DNA of 64,000 bases from the human T2T-CHM13v2.0 reference genome, Homo sapiens. Position numbers and translations under genes: made by a program. This document shows positions 23,931 through 39,800 of this stretch, piece by piece. Each line of letters begins with the position of its first letter. Within the stretch, counting starts at the first letter, position 1. The DNA lies in the NCBI RefSeq assembly GCF_009914755.1, contig NC_060926.1; one strand, 5' to 3'. A model generated the notes under the pieces. That model made no database searches. It was not told the origin of the DNA and was given only the letters and a program-made list of their open reading frames with translations.

Positions 23931-26489
23931 TACTGATTTATTTCACTTTGAAAACAAACAAAACAGATTTAGAAATGGATGTCCTTTCTCTAGTATCTCT
24001 TCCTCTTGTTTGATGACCTTGGAATTCATGTGTTGATGATTTGGTATGGACTCTTGGACTTGGTATGAATGGGAAATACACATCTATTTTGTTAGGCCAT
24101 TAAGATTAATAAATTGCCTCAATTGATGAAATCTCCAGTAGAGTCATAGCTTTGCTAATATCAATTAGGAAAATCATACTGTAAAATGAATAAGTTCAAA
24201 ATAGAAAACATCCCAGCCAAATATCTTTAATAAGTAAAACAATAACATCTTATATATGAAATAGTTATCAAGTTTGTGAGCCCAAAATATTTTAAGTAAA
24301 CATAAAAGTCTTTTATGTAGAAGTCACATGAGAGAGGAAAGTTAAGATCTCAGTAAAGTTAAAACCAATAAGGAATATAAGTGACTGATTATAAAAGTAT
24401 GATACATACTCCTAAAGTACTAATAATTTAATATTAGAAATTTATAGAGACTGTGTTGCTTATATATTAACTTTAACAATTGATTTGTTAACTTTACCCA
24501 GATTACTAAAGTTTAAGGTTAAGATTATTTTAATGATACATTTCCTAGAACCAAACATTATTATTATTACACATTAGTCTTCAAATTATAAGCTGGTCCT
24601 CAGACAGTATTAAATAATCAAATCTGTACTATCATAAATAATGCAGAATCTTCTCTTATATTCAAAATTATTTTAGGCTTAACAGGCACTATAAGTTGTT
24701 TTGGGAAAGGTTTTGTTTCTAACAATTTTGATATTTAAATATGAATAGTTTATATCCCATTCCTTATTGTTCATCAATGTGTAAAATAAACATTCACGTT
24801 TTCACTGTGCTGTCATTTCCAAGTAGAAGAGAATAGTTTTAGGCAACATATGACCAAGTCAATGGAAAAGCTTTAACTTACCGTTTGATATAGAATGATA
24901 CTATACGAATATTAAAACTACAGATATCACTACATCATTGAAAGCTGTCTCAAATAAGTAAAACCAAAATTTGCAATACTTTTTTTTTCCCTTATAACTC
25001 CCAGGCCATAAATAGTCATTTCACAGAACCAGCTAATAGAAATATTAACAAATATAGTAAACTAGAGAGTATCTTCTTTTTCCCAGTTTTAACAGGCAGC
25101 AGAATATATTTAAGAGATATGTGTGGGCATCTTTTGATGCTTGGGTAGGAGAGAGTAAAATGAAGTATGACAGACAGAGAAAAAATAGGGTTGCAAAGAG
25201 ATCACACACCCAAGCATCATGCTCTGGGGTCACTATTACAGGACTACCAAATTCACATCTGCATGGAAATGTGTCATTTGTAAACAGCAGACATAGGGAA
25301 GCAATGTCTGCAAAGCAATATTGCCAGAGGACCCTTCAGTTTTAACTTAGGTACATAGAAAGCTTAAAGCTACCTGCTAGAAAACACCTAAAACTAGCTA
25401 GATTAGATGAAAGAGTTTATGGGGTTAAACTAAAAGGTCTGATATTATAAAGAAAAAATGTTCAAATTCACTGTGAAGATTTTATAAATGTAACAAACAG
25501 ACAAAATATGCCATAGTTCTTTCATCTCTAATCGTTTAATTGTAGAGTAAATTATGTTGTTCTGTTTTCAGCATTTAATTTTTAAATTAGCTCTTGGCTG
25601 CAATGTCCTTGATTACAGAACTTAATTAGCTGAGCCCGTTGAAAGGAATTATGCTATATACAGGGTACATGATCACATGACAAAGCTTAATACAAGCAAT
25701 CAGAGTCATAGGGAAGCCTGGTTGACTGGTTCTAAAAGGTGAAAGAACAGTTGCAAAACAGTCTGGATTTAAAAACAGAAGATTCAAGGGAGAAAGAGCA
25801 ACAATAAAATTAGATAAGTCTGTATTCAATTTAGGCAAATATTATGACTGAATGTAAGAATAGAGTATAGAAAAAATGACTTATTATTTATGTTTTTTGT
25901 ATTAGTTCACCAGTATAAAGAGTGAACAACATGAATATTCCTTAATGACAAAATTGAACAAAAACATTCTGATTTTTAAAAAATTTTCTAATCTACTAGC
26001 TTCTTAAAAAAAGACCATTTTACCCACATTGTGTAAACTTCTTTGTGTTTCCACTAGTCAGTAATGCTAGCTTCTGATCTTTTATAATGCAAATTATATA
26101 CATACATACAAATTTTCTATAGTAAATTACATCTAAGCCAGAAGTGGCATTTTAACAATATCCTATAAAGTGGATGAGTTCACAGAGCTAATTACATCAA
26201 AGAATTTTTTTTTCTCTCCCACAACTTTATGGAAACTTTGAGATCTTAGCTAAATGTATATATTCAACACAATTTCCAAGAGAATATCATAAATTTAAGG
26301 CAATCAAGAAATTGTGTAATGTTAAAATGTTTATTTTGGATAGCTTGCGTGAAATAAAAGAATAGTTACTATAGAAAAAATAGATTTGAGCACTATGAGA
26401 GGGTGGAGTTGGTACACTGGCAGTTATTTCTCCAAATTAGTTTTTAAGTTTGTTATTTATGTAACATGAGGTAGTCACCTATTCCTGCA

Positions 26490-26961
26490 AAAGTAAACAA
26501 CCTCTTTTTCTATTCGGCGAAAAAAAAAGACATGCATTTGTTGCTCACATCACATGAAGGCTGTAGGCCATCTGTGGGGCAGGTCAACTGAGCTCAGCCA
26601 TGCTCAACTGGGTTCTGTTGGGCTGGACTTAATTCTACGCTAAAACTCATTGTTTACAAACACAGGTAGGAATAATAGCCACTATCTGGGAAACATATTT
26701 TCACGGTGAAGGAAAAGAAAAAAAGAAGGAGACCCTAATGATACAATTTCATTTAATTCTTCTACTGGGAGGCAGCAAACTTTAATCTTGCTAACATACC
26801 ATTGGCCAAAGCATGTCATATGTCCAAACCAAAGTTTAAGGAAGTGGGAGAAAGCAATTTTTCCAAAGAACGCATAGACAATTCCCATGAATATAGTCAT
26901 GGATGTATTTTTTTAATAAAGACAGAGTAAAGAGTTGGGAAAAATAATCCAATGTGCCACA
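26490..26961 (-). mobile_element. Old MaLR LTR (MLT1H/I/J-like)
   Basis: 'cattggccaaagcatgtcatatgtccaaacc' and terminal 'aataatccaatgtgccaca'. Confidence 0.6.
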
Positions 26962-27559
26962 AGGATCAGCATTGTAGTGTATTAGAAATAAAAGATAATA
27001 TGCTTCTAATAATCATAATTATATCAGGAGGCGAGAAGAAGAATGTTGAAACCACACAGAAAGTCACATCTTGATTGACTGGTTGTCTTGCCATACTTAT
27101 TGGCTCTCTAATTTCCTTTAACTAGAATGTGAGCACAATGAAGGCAAGTCTTTCCTCTGTTTTGTTTGCCTTTGTATAACCTGGCATGTCATAGGCACTC
27201 AATAAACCTTGACTGACTTAAGAGACGTGAAGAGCACATTTAGAGAGAAATGTTACTGGAGAAAAAATTATGGCAGAATCTAAAGCAAGAAGCCAAAACA
27301 TGTCTAGAGAGGATGTCTCTTTTTTTATATACTTTTTACATGTTATAAAAATTTCCAAATGAGAGGGTAGGGTAAAATAATAGCAAAGCCTATTGAAGTA
27401 TAAAATAGGGAAGAAGTGCTTGTATCGTCTGGATTTCTACAAGATGGTTTACAAATAACACTTTATGTAATCACACATTTGTAGGAGAATTAAGATGTTA
27501 TAATAGGATGACCTTCATCTTTCTAGTAAACTATTAGAAGTCTCATTAGATTCGGCTAA

Positions 27560-30500
27560 ATTTAAAACTATACAGTAAATGTAGAATAGTGCATAAATTG
27601 TAGGAGTACATTTTAATCATCTTCTTAAAGAGAACACCTCCATGTAAACATCCCACCACATCGAGAAAGAGAACTTTAGGAGAACGTTAGAAACCTTATC
27701 ATGATCCCTCCATATTACTATTTTTTCTGATAACCATTATCCCGACTTCTCAGTCACTAAGTGAGTTTTGATTATTTTTGAACTTTGTATAAATACAGAA
27801 CAAATTATACAGTGTCTGACCCTCTCACTTGAAATAATGTGTAAGAGGAATATATTGTGTTTTAAGTGGCAGTAGTTCATTCATTTTTCTTGCTGTACAG
27901 TACAATACAGTAATATACTATTTATTATGAATATTTTGTTTGTTGATCTGAACATTTGGATGCATGTTATTTGATGCACATATGTACATTTCAGGGGTCT
28001 AATTTTAAGAGTGATATTGTTTGGTTATACAAGTGTGCATGTGCATATACAAATTTAGAGTATATGAATATCTACATTTTTGGTAGAAAATGTCCAAACA
28101 TATTCCAAAGTGCTTCTACCAATTTATATTGCTAGCAACAGTGAATGAGAGGTACTGTTTTTTATATCTTAAAATTGGACTATTTAAAAAACTAGTTTGA
28201 TGAGTATTTAATAATATTAGTTAGCTCTTAATACATAGAAAGTTACCCCAACATTTATTGGCCTTAAACTACAACCAATTATTTGGCTTGAATCTATAAG
28301 TCTCATCAGGTCAGTCTTAGTGATTCTGGTCTCAGCTAGGCTAATGCTTTTGCAGCTAGCTGTCAGTTTGAGCTGGTTGATCTGGGATCCCCTCAGCTGG
28401 GACAGTGACAGACCAAATTCAAGTCTGGGGAAATGAACTCTAGTTTTTGATGGGGGGCTTTAAAAAATATCATTGTAAAGTAGCATGAATATAAGAATGA
28501 AAATAATTACAACTACCTTTACAAACAGCCTACAATAGTACTTTTATCTAACGGTAGCTTTACTTTGCGTTTCCCTTGTGGATAACAGTTGAACAACTTT
28601 TCATATTTTTATAGGCCTTTGAATAACCCCTTTATGAAATGCCTGTTCAAATCTCTTAACCATTTTTGAAACAGATTACCTGTCTTTTCTTTGATGTATA
28701 AAAATTTCCTTTATTTTCAGATAAGAATATGAATCTATTATTAATGCTCTAATTTTGACATATATATATTTTTCTTTTTAGTAGTGCTAAATTTTAACAT
28801 TAAAATGTACCAATATTTTCATTTTGTGGTAGAATTTTTTCTCTTTCTATTTAACTAAAAAATTTCTTATCATAGGCCCAAGTTTTATCTTTAATTCAAC
28901 AATAAAATATAAAATTCACCCGGAAGTAATTTTATACATGATGTGAAACAGTGGTATAGTTTGCTTAAACATTTTTTATAGTGATATTGCAATTGACTCA
29001 TAATATTTTAATGAAAATACCTCTCTTTGGCTTTATTTGGACACTACTATGATGGTCAATATTTGTCATAAAATGTTGATATTACATAGGACCCTTTTAG
29101 ATTATTTATGGAGTTCCATTGATGTATATGTCTTTTCTATGGCAAGACTACACTGTCTCCATTAGTTTAACATAGCAATATATTTGTTATCCAAAGTAGC
29201 AAGTCCTCCCTCATTTTTTCATTCTCTTTATTCTCCTTATATTATTTCTTCAACAATTTTTGTTATTCTTGGTATTTTGCTTTCATACATAAATTTTAGA
29301 CTTGGCTTTTTAATTGCCAGAAAAATAGTTTCTTGAAATTTTAATTCAGATTGCATCCAAACTAGAGAACAATTTCAAAACAATGTTTTTTTCTTAGTTT
29401 TTCCAGACTTTTCTTCTACAAATTTAGTCTCTCTATTTACTTAGCTTTTTACAAAAACTTTTCTTAATAATGTTAGTTTTCTGTGAATAAGTCCTTGTGT
29501 CTTCCTTAGTATTTTGTGTTTCTAGTTGACACTTGAATGGTATATACTTTTTCACTATATATTTCCTGTAGGATATAGAACTGCACTTGATTTTGTATAT
29601 ATTGAATTTATCCAGCTAGCTTGATAAATTTACTTTTTAATCTTACTGTCTTTGTGGATATTATTTTCAACTTTTGACATATATAATTCTCACCTGCAGA
29701 TGTGGAGAGTCATTTCATCTTTTCAATTCATTAACTCCCTTTTGTGCTGCTTTTAAATGTATCCATTCAGTTCTAAAATCACCAGATTTTAAAATATATT
29801 TTTGTTTCCTGAAAATACATATTGCCAATCTTTTTTATGATGTTTATTATTTAATAGTGTAAAAAACATAGCTATCTTAAAGTTCGATTATGATAACTCC
29901 TTTTAAGTCCCTTGTGTTTCTGATTCTGCTTCTATTAACCTATTTTCATGAAATTGTTTTAGGTTGTGTTGTCTTATTTTTGCATGAATAACTACGTTTT
30001 AAAATTTTATTCCATATATCATATATGAAACAGTGCTGTGGTAAATAAAATTTATTTTATAATTTTTTGATGAGAGATCATTTATTTTAATCCCTGCAAA
30101 TTGGCCAGGCTAGAACCATCTGCAATCTAAAATCACCTTCAAATATATTGAAATGATTCTAGAAATGGGCTTTAGCCCCTTATTAGCTCATATTATTTTC
30201 AGGTTATTCTCACTACTACAGTGTAAATTTTTCAGGTTCCAATTCAAAACCTGGTGGATTATTGGTCCTGAATCCTCTTCCAGCCTTGAGCTCCAAAATG
30301 TAACTTTTGGATCTTGTGAGTTTATTGTGAAAGAATGTTCTAAACTCTCATCTCTGATATTGAAAGAGGCAAATATCTTTAGGCATAAGCAACCTCTAAG
30401 TCTTACTTCTCTCTCTGAGATACTGCCCTCTCCCAGATCCTGGTCCCACAATTCTTCACTGCTTTAATAGTTCTCTAATTCCTTGAAATGTACCCCAGTG

Positions 30501-30560
30501 TGCGCATGTGTCTGTGTATTCTTGGGCATTTCTGGTTGTTCTTTGGGATGGTTGTTCAAA
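27560..30560 (-). mobile_element. Highly diverged L1ME-like fragments, interrupted by an MLT1-type LTR at ~28215-28540
   Basis: 'atgaaatgcctgttcaaatc', 'ccaaagtgcttctaccaattta', 'cataaattttaga' are reverse L1 3'UTR/ORF2 motifs; the insert has 'aaagttaccccaacattt..ggccttaaac'. Confidence 0.6.
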
Positions 30561-30599
30561 CACCACTCAAACTACCACTTAATTATCAAAACTATGTTT

Positions 30600-30750
30600 G
30601 TATGAGGTATTAACCCTTATTCCAGATACTGAAGTACATTCAGAGAAGTTTTGGAACTTGTCCAAAATTATGTAGTTAATAAAAAATGGGTCCCAGATTT
30701 GAACTCAAGTATATTAGGTCATAAAACTCATGTACTAAGTAAGCATTCTG
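30600..30750 (-). mobile_element. MIR fragment
   Basis: 'cagagaagttttggaacttgtccaaaattatgtag...cagatttgaactcaag'. Confidence 0.5.
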
Positions 30751-33700
30751 GACAATCTCTGGTTTATAGCCTACCACAACAGGGTAGATTATAAATACAT
30801 TAATTTTAAATATTTTTATTTACTGCATTTATCTATAAGTATTAAAACTAACCCATATTTCATGCAAATGTGCAAATATATTGCACTCTAGTTTAGATGT
30901 AAGTCAGCTACTGTAAGATAATAAATATTTCTGGAATAAATTCATATTCTCATAATTGCATTTGAATTCCTACTATAAAGGAATATTATATGTACTTGTT
31001 TGGGGATATGGTATACTTTTCTCATTAGGCCATGTGCATGTCTTTTGTATTTGACAAGGCAGTCCCAGATAAAAGTCTCTATTAAGTAGCATTATGACTT
31101 CCCATCTTATTCACTTTTCTAGTAAGATATGTGTATGTTTGCATGTCAACATTTATCTTATGTCTGTATAAATATATATTTTATATATACATATATATTA
31201 TTTCAAGACTTTTGAATTACATAATGAGTTTTATTCTCTGACTTATCATGCTTATTTTATGAAGTGCAAAGCACATTTATTGTCAATTTGATCTTCATTT
31301 GTCTACCTATAATCCTATAATATAGGGGAAGACACCATAAATACTTGGCCTATTGTAAAACTACTTCACCAGTAGTTTTCAGAATTTAGGGTTATTCCTA
31401 GTTTATCTACATTAGAGACAGAATCAATTATTCTAGATATATAATCAATCTTTATTGCACAGAAAATGCAGAATTGCACCTTCATGGGAGAATTTTGTGG
31501 TTTGTAGAACAACAGAGACAGTTTTAATGAAAATGTAGACTCCAGGCAACAGATGTATAAATATCATACCATCATAGAGAGGGAAATTGAGTATTGTAAT
31601 GAAAACCTGCTATATACAAGCTTTATTTTTCCTAGTAGATTACAATACTAGTTCAGTGCCACCTTTTATTTGCAGGTAAAGTGACTACTTTCTACAAATG
31701 TAGTAAGGTATTTGGACCATTTCTAATAGAGCCGCCACTTTCAGACAGAATGATGAAATGGTTTCATATCACTTCATAGAAAAAATAGGTAGAATGCATT
31801 AAACATTGCATTAGATATAGTTTTATTCACAAACTACTGTAAGTTAATGAGCTCCTGGAGGTCAAAGGCCATAATTTATTTATGCATTTTATTTCAAATT
31901 ATAATTGGTTAGTAATATTTCACGTTAATTAATATGAATTATTAATTAATAAACATTTCTTAAGTATATCTTATCGCCAGGTTCTGTCCTAGATATTTTA
32001 AAGAGGATGTTCATATTGAACTTTACTCACAAAACAATCAATTTAAGTATGTATCAGTTTCTTCATTCTACAGCCTAGAAAGATAAACTGATATACTAGT
32101 CACACTGACTTTGGAAAAATTAAAGTTTTGGTCTAAGTTTCAGATATAAAATCTATTTCCATTTTACTAATAATCACTTAGAAAAATTTAACTGGTTTTT
32201 ATTGCCATATGATATTATGAGAAATAATATTTCTAAGTATATCTTGTTTTCAGAAAATATTTATAGCCTTACCATAGAGCTAATAACATTGGAGCACAGG
32301 CTATCCCAGAAATATAAGAATATCAGATATTTGTTTACTCCTAAGAAAAACCATACACTGTTTAAATTCCTATTTACAAAGTTATATATATATATATGTA
32401 TATAAGTAAGCCTAAAATATGAGGCTTACTTTATTTTCCGGTTTAAGTTATAATCTTGATATGAATTATCTACCTGTTTGTGACTCGGTTGGTCAAGATA
32501 TAATTATTTCTCAACACTAAGTTTTATAGCGAATATGCCAATTGATTTAGCATTGGCTTTTAAGGCTCTTACCAGTTTTTAATATTTTATTAACAGAAGG
32601 TAATGGTTGTGTGAGTGGTTGTGATATCTATAGACTGAAGGGTGCTGCATCAATAATATTATTGCTAATAGTTTTAACTAAACTGAAATCTTACAATCCA
32701 AATAAGGCCACCACCAAAACTCCATTAGGAGAAAACTCTCTTGCAGCTTATTTACTATTCCTGTTAGCGGTGTTTATGTTTTTTTGTTGTTGCTGTTATT
32801 GTTGTGGTGGTGGTGGTGGTTGTTATTTTCCTGGCCCTTTTGCTCAACATTCTTCAAACACTATAAACCTGAGAATTGTAAAATATGTCTAAATCATGCA
32901 CCAGTTCTGATCAGAGGACTGTACAATCAAGCATAATAATAGTGTGCCTAAACATACAGCAATTAGATATTGGCAAGCTTGAGAGAACACACCCAGCATT
33001 TAAAAGTCAAGTTATTATCAGAACCCACACGCTTTTCATCAACACATGCAAAGCACACCTGTGGTTTGTCAGTAATTTTCTTAGACAAGAAGATTGAGCA
33101 CAAAATGATGCTATTTTTCACAAATACATGGCTTGCATATCCTCCTGTGCTTATTCAGTACATTTTTAAAAGACTGAGATGGATTTAAAATAAATATTAT
33201 TTTTTCGTTTTAAATATAGTTACTTTATAAATGTAAGACATCATTACTGCAAAAACTGTTACAGAGTTTATTTTTAAATTTTTGAATTATTTTATTAAAA
33301 CCCAGAAAACCTGGTATTAATTACTTTATCTACAAAAGATACATTTCACTGATTGACACTTGAAATATAAGATTAACAAATATCAACACATAAACAGTTT
33401 AAAAATTATCAATATTTTAATATTTATTATTACTATGGAAGGTAAGTGTATGAGTTTTCAAGGTTTTTAAAACATTTACAATAGAGCCAATAAACTAGTC
33501 AAAAATTAATATATTTTTAGAAAGTTTATAAACACTCAGAATAATAAGTTTTTATAAAATTGCATAGACATTATCCTGGTATTTCAAATTTACTTTCTTT
33601 CCCCCCAGAATATTCCTAAAATGATCAAGTCTAACATTCATTTCATTAGGCTGTAAGCAAAGATTTCTATGCTTACTCAGGCCACAGGAGACCTAGAATT

Positions 33701-33867
33701 CATTGTGTTCTTTGCAAGATAATGTAAAATGTTAATTGATAAAAATGACTAAATATAAAATTTAATAATATTTACATTTAATGTTTTAATAGATTCTAGA
33801 TCACAAATAGCAATATAGGGTGAAGCAGGGAGAGATAAAATATTAAACTTCACTTTTAAAAGTCTTT

Positions 33868-36800
33868 TGCACTTCTGTATTTAGCCATGACAGAGTGACA
33901 AAGATCACACCTGACCTCCTACCGTAAACAACTATAAAGCTGAATAAAACATACAAAATGCTTTCAGAGTTTGGATTCAGTCAGTGTATAACTGATCCCT
34001 TGGAGAAGGCAGACAAATGAAGTGAGTTTTAGAATCACATCACCTTTGCTTCCTGAGGAAATTTTGGGATTACTTTGCAGACAGAAAAAAAACTCTATTC
34101 TTCCAGGACATTTAATAGAGAGTGGAGAGGAAAGGCACACCTTAGTGAACTAGATTGAAAACTTCTTTAGATCCAGAAAAGCAAAGCTTTCAAATAGGCC
34201 TCGCAGTGATCAAACTAATAATAATTTAATTGCACAACAGGCAAACATAAGCCAATTATTAAAAAACAACAAATTTCAAACATTCAACAAAGTAACAATA
34301 AAAATCAGTAAGCATGGCAAGAAGCATAAAGATAGTTCCATAACCAACATAAAAGGGAGTTAATGGACACAGAGTAAAAATGATAGAGAGGATGTAACTA
34401 GAAGAAAACAAAATTTTAGCGTTGTAGCACTCATATCTTGGCTTAAACATGTACAGAGATGAGACTATAATCACATATACCTATAAAAAAAGATAGTCAG
34501 ATTTCATGTTAACGACTTTATTTTGAACTAATCAGAGAAATGAAATTTAGGGCAAACAACTAACCTGAAATCTAGAGAAAAACAAAAAACCATGCAGAAA
34601 TAAGCAAGACTCAAGCATTGGCTCTCATGGAACAAATATTGCTGAACGCCATATAAACCAGGAAGATTAAACCATACATTTTTAACAATCTGCAGGAGGC
34701 CACATGTGGATTAGAAAGAGATTTTGAAGCTGATGTGGCTACAGACATTGAGATATTTCCAGTTTCTTGCAGAATTTCCTGTAGAACCCCACCAGCTACC
34801 TAGGGAGAAAAAAACTCCCTGAAAAAAACTCGCCATGGTGCTAGCCATGATTCCTTTCCTCTCTTCCATGGGAAAAATGACTTGATTTTCAGGGGCAAGG
34901 GTAGCAAAGGTGTATATTGCGAATGCCATTAGAAACCACTGGAGGAGAGTGGGGGCTCAGGGGTGGTCTCTACACATAGAAAAGGGTCAGGAATATGTGC
35001 TAATATGCTAGGCCTAGCATCATCACTCAAAGAAGCGAATAAACACTTTTGAAGACCATGCCCCTGAGATCCAAATGAACTGTGCCTGCTTACGACTGAG
35101 GTTCAAACATGGCACCAGAGAACTATCCTTAACCATGCTACCAGATCTCAAATTGAACAGTAGAATATAGCTCTGAGATGAGTTAAGAGTTGGGTTTTAT
35201 CTAGGGAATAGGAAAATGGTAAGGCCAAAATCCAACTGGGGAGAAATAAACAAAGTTTCACTAGAATTTGAAATCTCTAGTTACAATAAAGAGAGATGCA
35301 ACAACAGCAGGCTTCAGTTGTAGCCCGATTTCTGATGAGGTTAGTACAAACCTTTACACCCAAGATGCAGAAAGAAAGATGTGCTTTTTTTCCCACATAA
35401 AACATCCTTACCTCAGCATCTACTCTCCTACCATAACAACTTTCATCAAAGAAACAAGACAGGAAAAGAGGCAAAACAAATGCAGTTTAAAGAAATAAAG
35501 TGGTCATTAGAATCAGACTCAGATATGAAACAGATGTTGGAATTATCAGACAGAGAACATGACATAATTGTGATTAATATGTTTAACGACTATAACGTAA
35601 AAGGTAAAACAAATGCAAGGTCGAATAGGTAATTTCAACAGAGAGTGGACACTGAAGGTAAAGGTAAAATGGAAATACTATAAATCAAAAGCACATTAAC
35701 AAAAATGAGGATGTCTCACCAGGCTTATCTGCAGACTTGACACATCCAAGAAAAGAACCAGTGAACTTAAAGAAAGATCAATAAAAATTGCCAAAATATA
35801 AACACAAATAGAAAAATAAAGAATAAAAACAAAAACAGAAAACAGTCAAGCATCCAATTTACTGAGATAATAAAAAAGGGCATAATGTGCATAATTAGAG
35901 TTCCAGAAGGATAAGAAAGAATGGCATGAAATATTTAAGAAAACAATAGTGAAGAATTTTCCAAAATTAGAGGCAGATGATGTGTTCAAGAAAATCAAAG
36001 ACCACCAAGCAGGATCCATGAAAAAAACAAGCCACATTTCACCATATTATTCAGTCTGCTGAAAAACAAAGATGAGGATAAAGAACTTGAGGATAGATGC
36101 AGGGAAGAGGTATATACGTTATATTCAGAGGAACAAGTATAAACAGTACCTAAGAAGCCTTATAAAAACCAACTAATCAAGAGGACAACATAATGATATA
36201 TTTCAAGTACTAAAAGAAAAAAAATAGTATCAACCCATAATTGAATACCAAGTTAAATATTCTTCAAGAGTGAGGAAAAATAAGCAATTTCTTAGACAAC
36301 CAATACTGGGGAACTTATTGCCAGCAGATCTAGGCTTCAAGAATTACAGCAAATTTTTAAGCAGAAAGTATTGGAAATATCTGAAATCTATTCAAAGATA
36401 GTAAGAGCATCATGCATGAAATAGAGGGTTAAAAAAATAATTTGTGTCTTCATTGGCCAGAACTGCAGTAATAAACCACCATAGATTGGGTGGCTTAAAC
36501 ATCATTAATTTATTGTCCCATAGTTCTGGAAGCTAGAAGTTCTGGATTGGGGTGCTAGTAAGGTTGATTTCTGGTGATGTCTCTCTTCCTGGCTTGTAGA
36601 CAGTCCCCTTCTTGCTATGTCACGACATGCATGGAATTTCTTTTTGCATACGAAGTGGGGGAAGATAAAGTGCTCTCTGGGTCTCTGGTATTCTTTCTTA
36701 TAAGCACATTAATCTGCTTAGGTTAGGGCCCTACCCTTATGACCACATTTAACCTTAAATTACTTCCTTAAAAGCCCTGTCCCCAAATATAGCCATACTG

Positions 36801-39800
36801 GGGGTTAGGGCTTCATCATATGAATTTTGGGGGTGGGGCATATTCAGTCCATAATATTACCTTTTCTTATTTTCAAATGCTCTAAAAACTGAATTTTTGA
36901 AGGAATAATAGCAAAAAGTACTGTGTACTTGCAGTATATGGAAAAGTGAAATGTATGACAATCACACAAGGAAAAAAATTAAGACTAAAAGGTTATAAGG
37001 TCTATATGGTAAACATGTAGTGGTACAAATTATTTTGAAGGTAATCTCAGATTTTTTAAAGATTTATATTGTAAATTATATGTCAAACACTAATATGGGT
37101 TTTAAAAAGTATAAATAACAAGTTAATAGAAGAGATTAATAGAAGAGATAAAATGGAGTATGTTAAAACTATAAAGCAGAAAAGATGAAAATAAAAACAT
37201 AACTAATAGAAATAGCTAGTAATATGCTAGGTTTTACTTCAAATATATCAATAATTACTGTAAATGTGAATTGTATAAATATACCAGTAAAAACTCAAGA
37301 ATTTTCACTTTAAATAAAAAAAAAAGACTGAACTATATATTAGCCATAAGAAACTCACCTTAAAGATACAGATGTGTTAAAAGTAAAAGAATAGTGAAGG
37401 TAAATGCAAATACTAAACGAAAGAGCCCTGGCCTAGCTATATTAACTTCAGATAAAGATTAATTTGAGACTTCAGAACAAGAAGGATTGTTTAAAATAAG
37501 GAAGTGTTAACTAATAATGAAGTAGCCAATTTTTAAGGAAGACCTAGGCTAGATGTATATTCAACTTAGAAAGTAAAACAGTAACTGATAGAACAAGTAA
37601 CCATGGAAATAGTAAGAATATAGATGACCTGAACAGTAATTGTCTCTAGGACAGAACATCCTACCCAACAACAGAATACATATTATATTAAGTACATATG
37701 GAACATTTTCTATGATGAACCATATCCTAGGCCATTAGAAAGAAAAAAAAAACACCCTCATATTATTTAAAGTACTTTTGTTCACAGTAATAGATTCAAA
37801 TTATAAATCAATAAACCCAAAATATGAAGTACTTATATATAAATCTAACAATATATCCAAGGTATTTATGCAGAAAACTAAAAAATGTTTATTCAAGAAA
37901 TCACAGATTTAAATAAATGGTGATATATACCATGCCCATAGATTTGAAAAATCAATGTGGTTAAGGTGTCATTTCTCTCCAGTTGGAACTATTGACTCAT
38001 AATAATCCTAATCAAAACCTCAGTAAGCTTATTCTTTCTTTTGGTAGACATTGGAAATTTAACTTTAAAATTTACACAGAAAGGTAAAGGATCTAAAATA
38101 GTTTAAAGAATTTTAAGGAAAAATAACAAAGTTGAAATTCGCATTATACAATTTCAAGACTTATTTTAAAGAAACAGTATAAACTTATACATAAAAAAAG
38201 TGATATTGAAACAGAATAGAGCACCCAGATTCATGCACATATAGTCAACTATTTTTTTTTAATGTGGCAATGACAACCTAAGGTGAAAAAATAGTCTTTT
38301 CAATACATGTTGTGAGAACAAAACTGGAACCCCATATGAAAAAAAAATTGAACCATGTCACATATCTCAGGATCTACATAAAAATGAACTCAAAATGAAT
38401 TAGACTATAAATGCAAAATATAAATATAATTCTTAATATAAATGTAAATTTCATTCAAAATTTTAAAAATCTGAAAGAAATTATAGAAGAAAATCTACAT
38501 GACCTAAGGTTTGATTATGAATTTTTAATATGACACAAAACACATGATGCATGAGATGAGAGGAAAAAATGGTTAAATTAGACTTCATTAAAATTGTTAT
38601 ATTTGTTCTGTGAAAGACACTGTTATAAGAATGAAAAGCAAGCAACAGACTGAGGGAATATATTGCTAATCACATATCTGATAAAAAAGACTTGCATCCA
38701 AACTATAGAAAGAATACTTAAATCTCAATAACAAGAAAATGAACAACCCAAGTTAAAAAATGGGTCAAATATCTTAACAAAGAAGATATCAAAGGGGATA
38801 TATAAATGGCAGACACATGAAAAAATGCTCATTTTCATTTGTCATCAGGGAATGCAAATTATAGCCAAATGAGATTCCATAACACACTCACAGAAAAGCA
38901 AAATCCACAAGACAGACAATGTCAAATGCTGGCCAGGTTATGAAGCAATTATAGATATCATTCTTTGATAATGGAAATGTAAAATGATGCGTAAAGTTAA
39001 ACACATGACCCAAGTACTACAATCCTAGATATTTAAGTGACTTGAAAACTATTTACCTAAATACTTGTATGCAAATGTTTATAGGAGATTTATTTGTAAT
39101 CACTAAAGTTAGAAACAATTAAAATTTTCTTCAACAGGGAATCAGTAAACAGTGGCACAACCATGCGATTGAATACTAGTCAGTGATACACGGGCATAGG
39201 ATATTGACTTATTCATTAACATGGAGGAGTCGTAAATGTATCTTACTAGGAACCTACATCAAAAGGTGTTATATTGGATGATTATTTTCATATGACATTC
39301 TGGAAAATGCAAGACTATAAAGAAGAAAAACTGGTCAGTGTTTGCCAGAGATTATTGGTGACTGGTGGTGTTTGACTACAAAGGAAACACAAAGGGAAAT
39401 TTTTAGTATGTTGGAACTGTTCTGTATAGTGCTGGGGAACTGGATACATGATTCTGTGCATTTACTAAAACCTATAAAATTGTACATCATAAAAAAGTGA
39501 ACTTTGATGATTGAACTAAAAAGTATAATACCTTTTGATATTCACAGCAATAATATGTAAGGGTGGAAAAAGTAAAGGGACATAAACAGAAGTAAGGTTT
39601 CTCTCTCCAATCAAAATGATTAAATGTTGATAACAGAAGTATATAAATTGTTTATGTGTGTTGTAATTCTCAAAACAACTTACATGAAAACTATACAAAG
39701 AGATGCACACACAAAAAAACATAAAAAGTCAATGTAAGATGCTGAAAAAGAAATCCACAAGAAAAGAGAAACAAAGTAAGAACTAGAAACAGGACAAGAG

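Noticed and set aside
32404-32431. Hairpin AAGTAAGCCT-N8-AGGCTTACTT
   Set aside because: Short stem with no ncRNA or MITE context
32560-33200. Repeat-free stretch that might be a conserved non-coding element
   Set aside because: Conservation cannot be judged from one sequence; needs phastCons/phyloP
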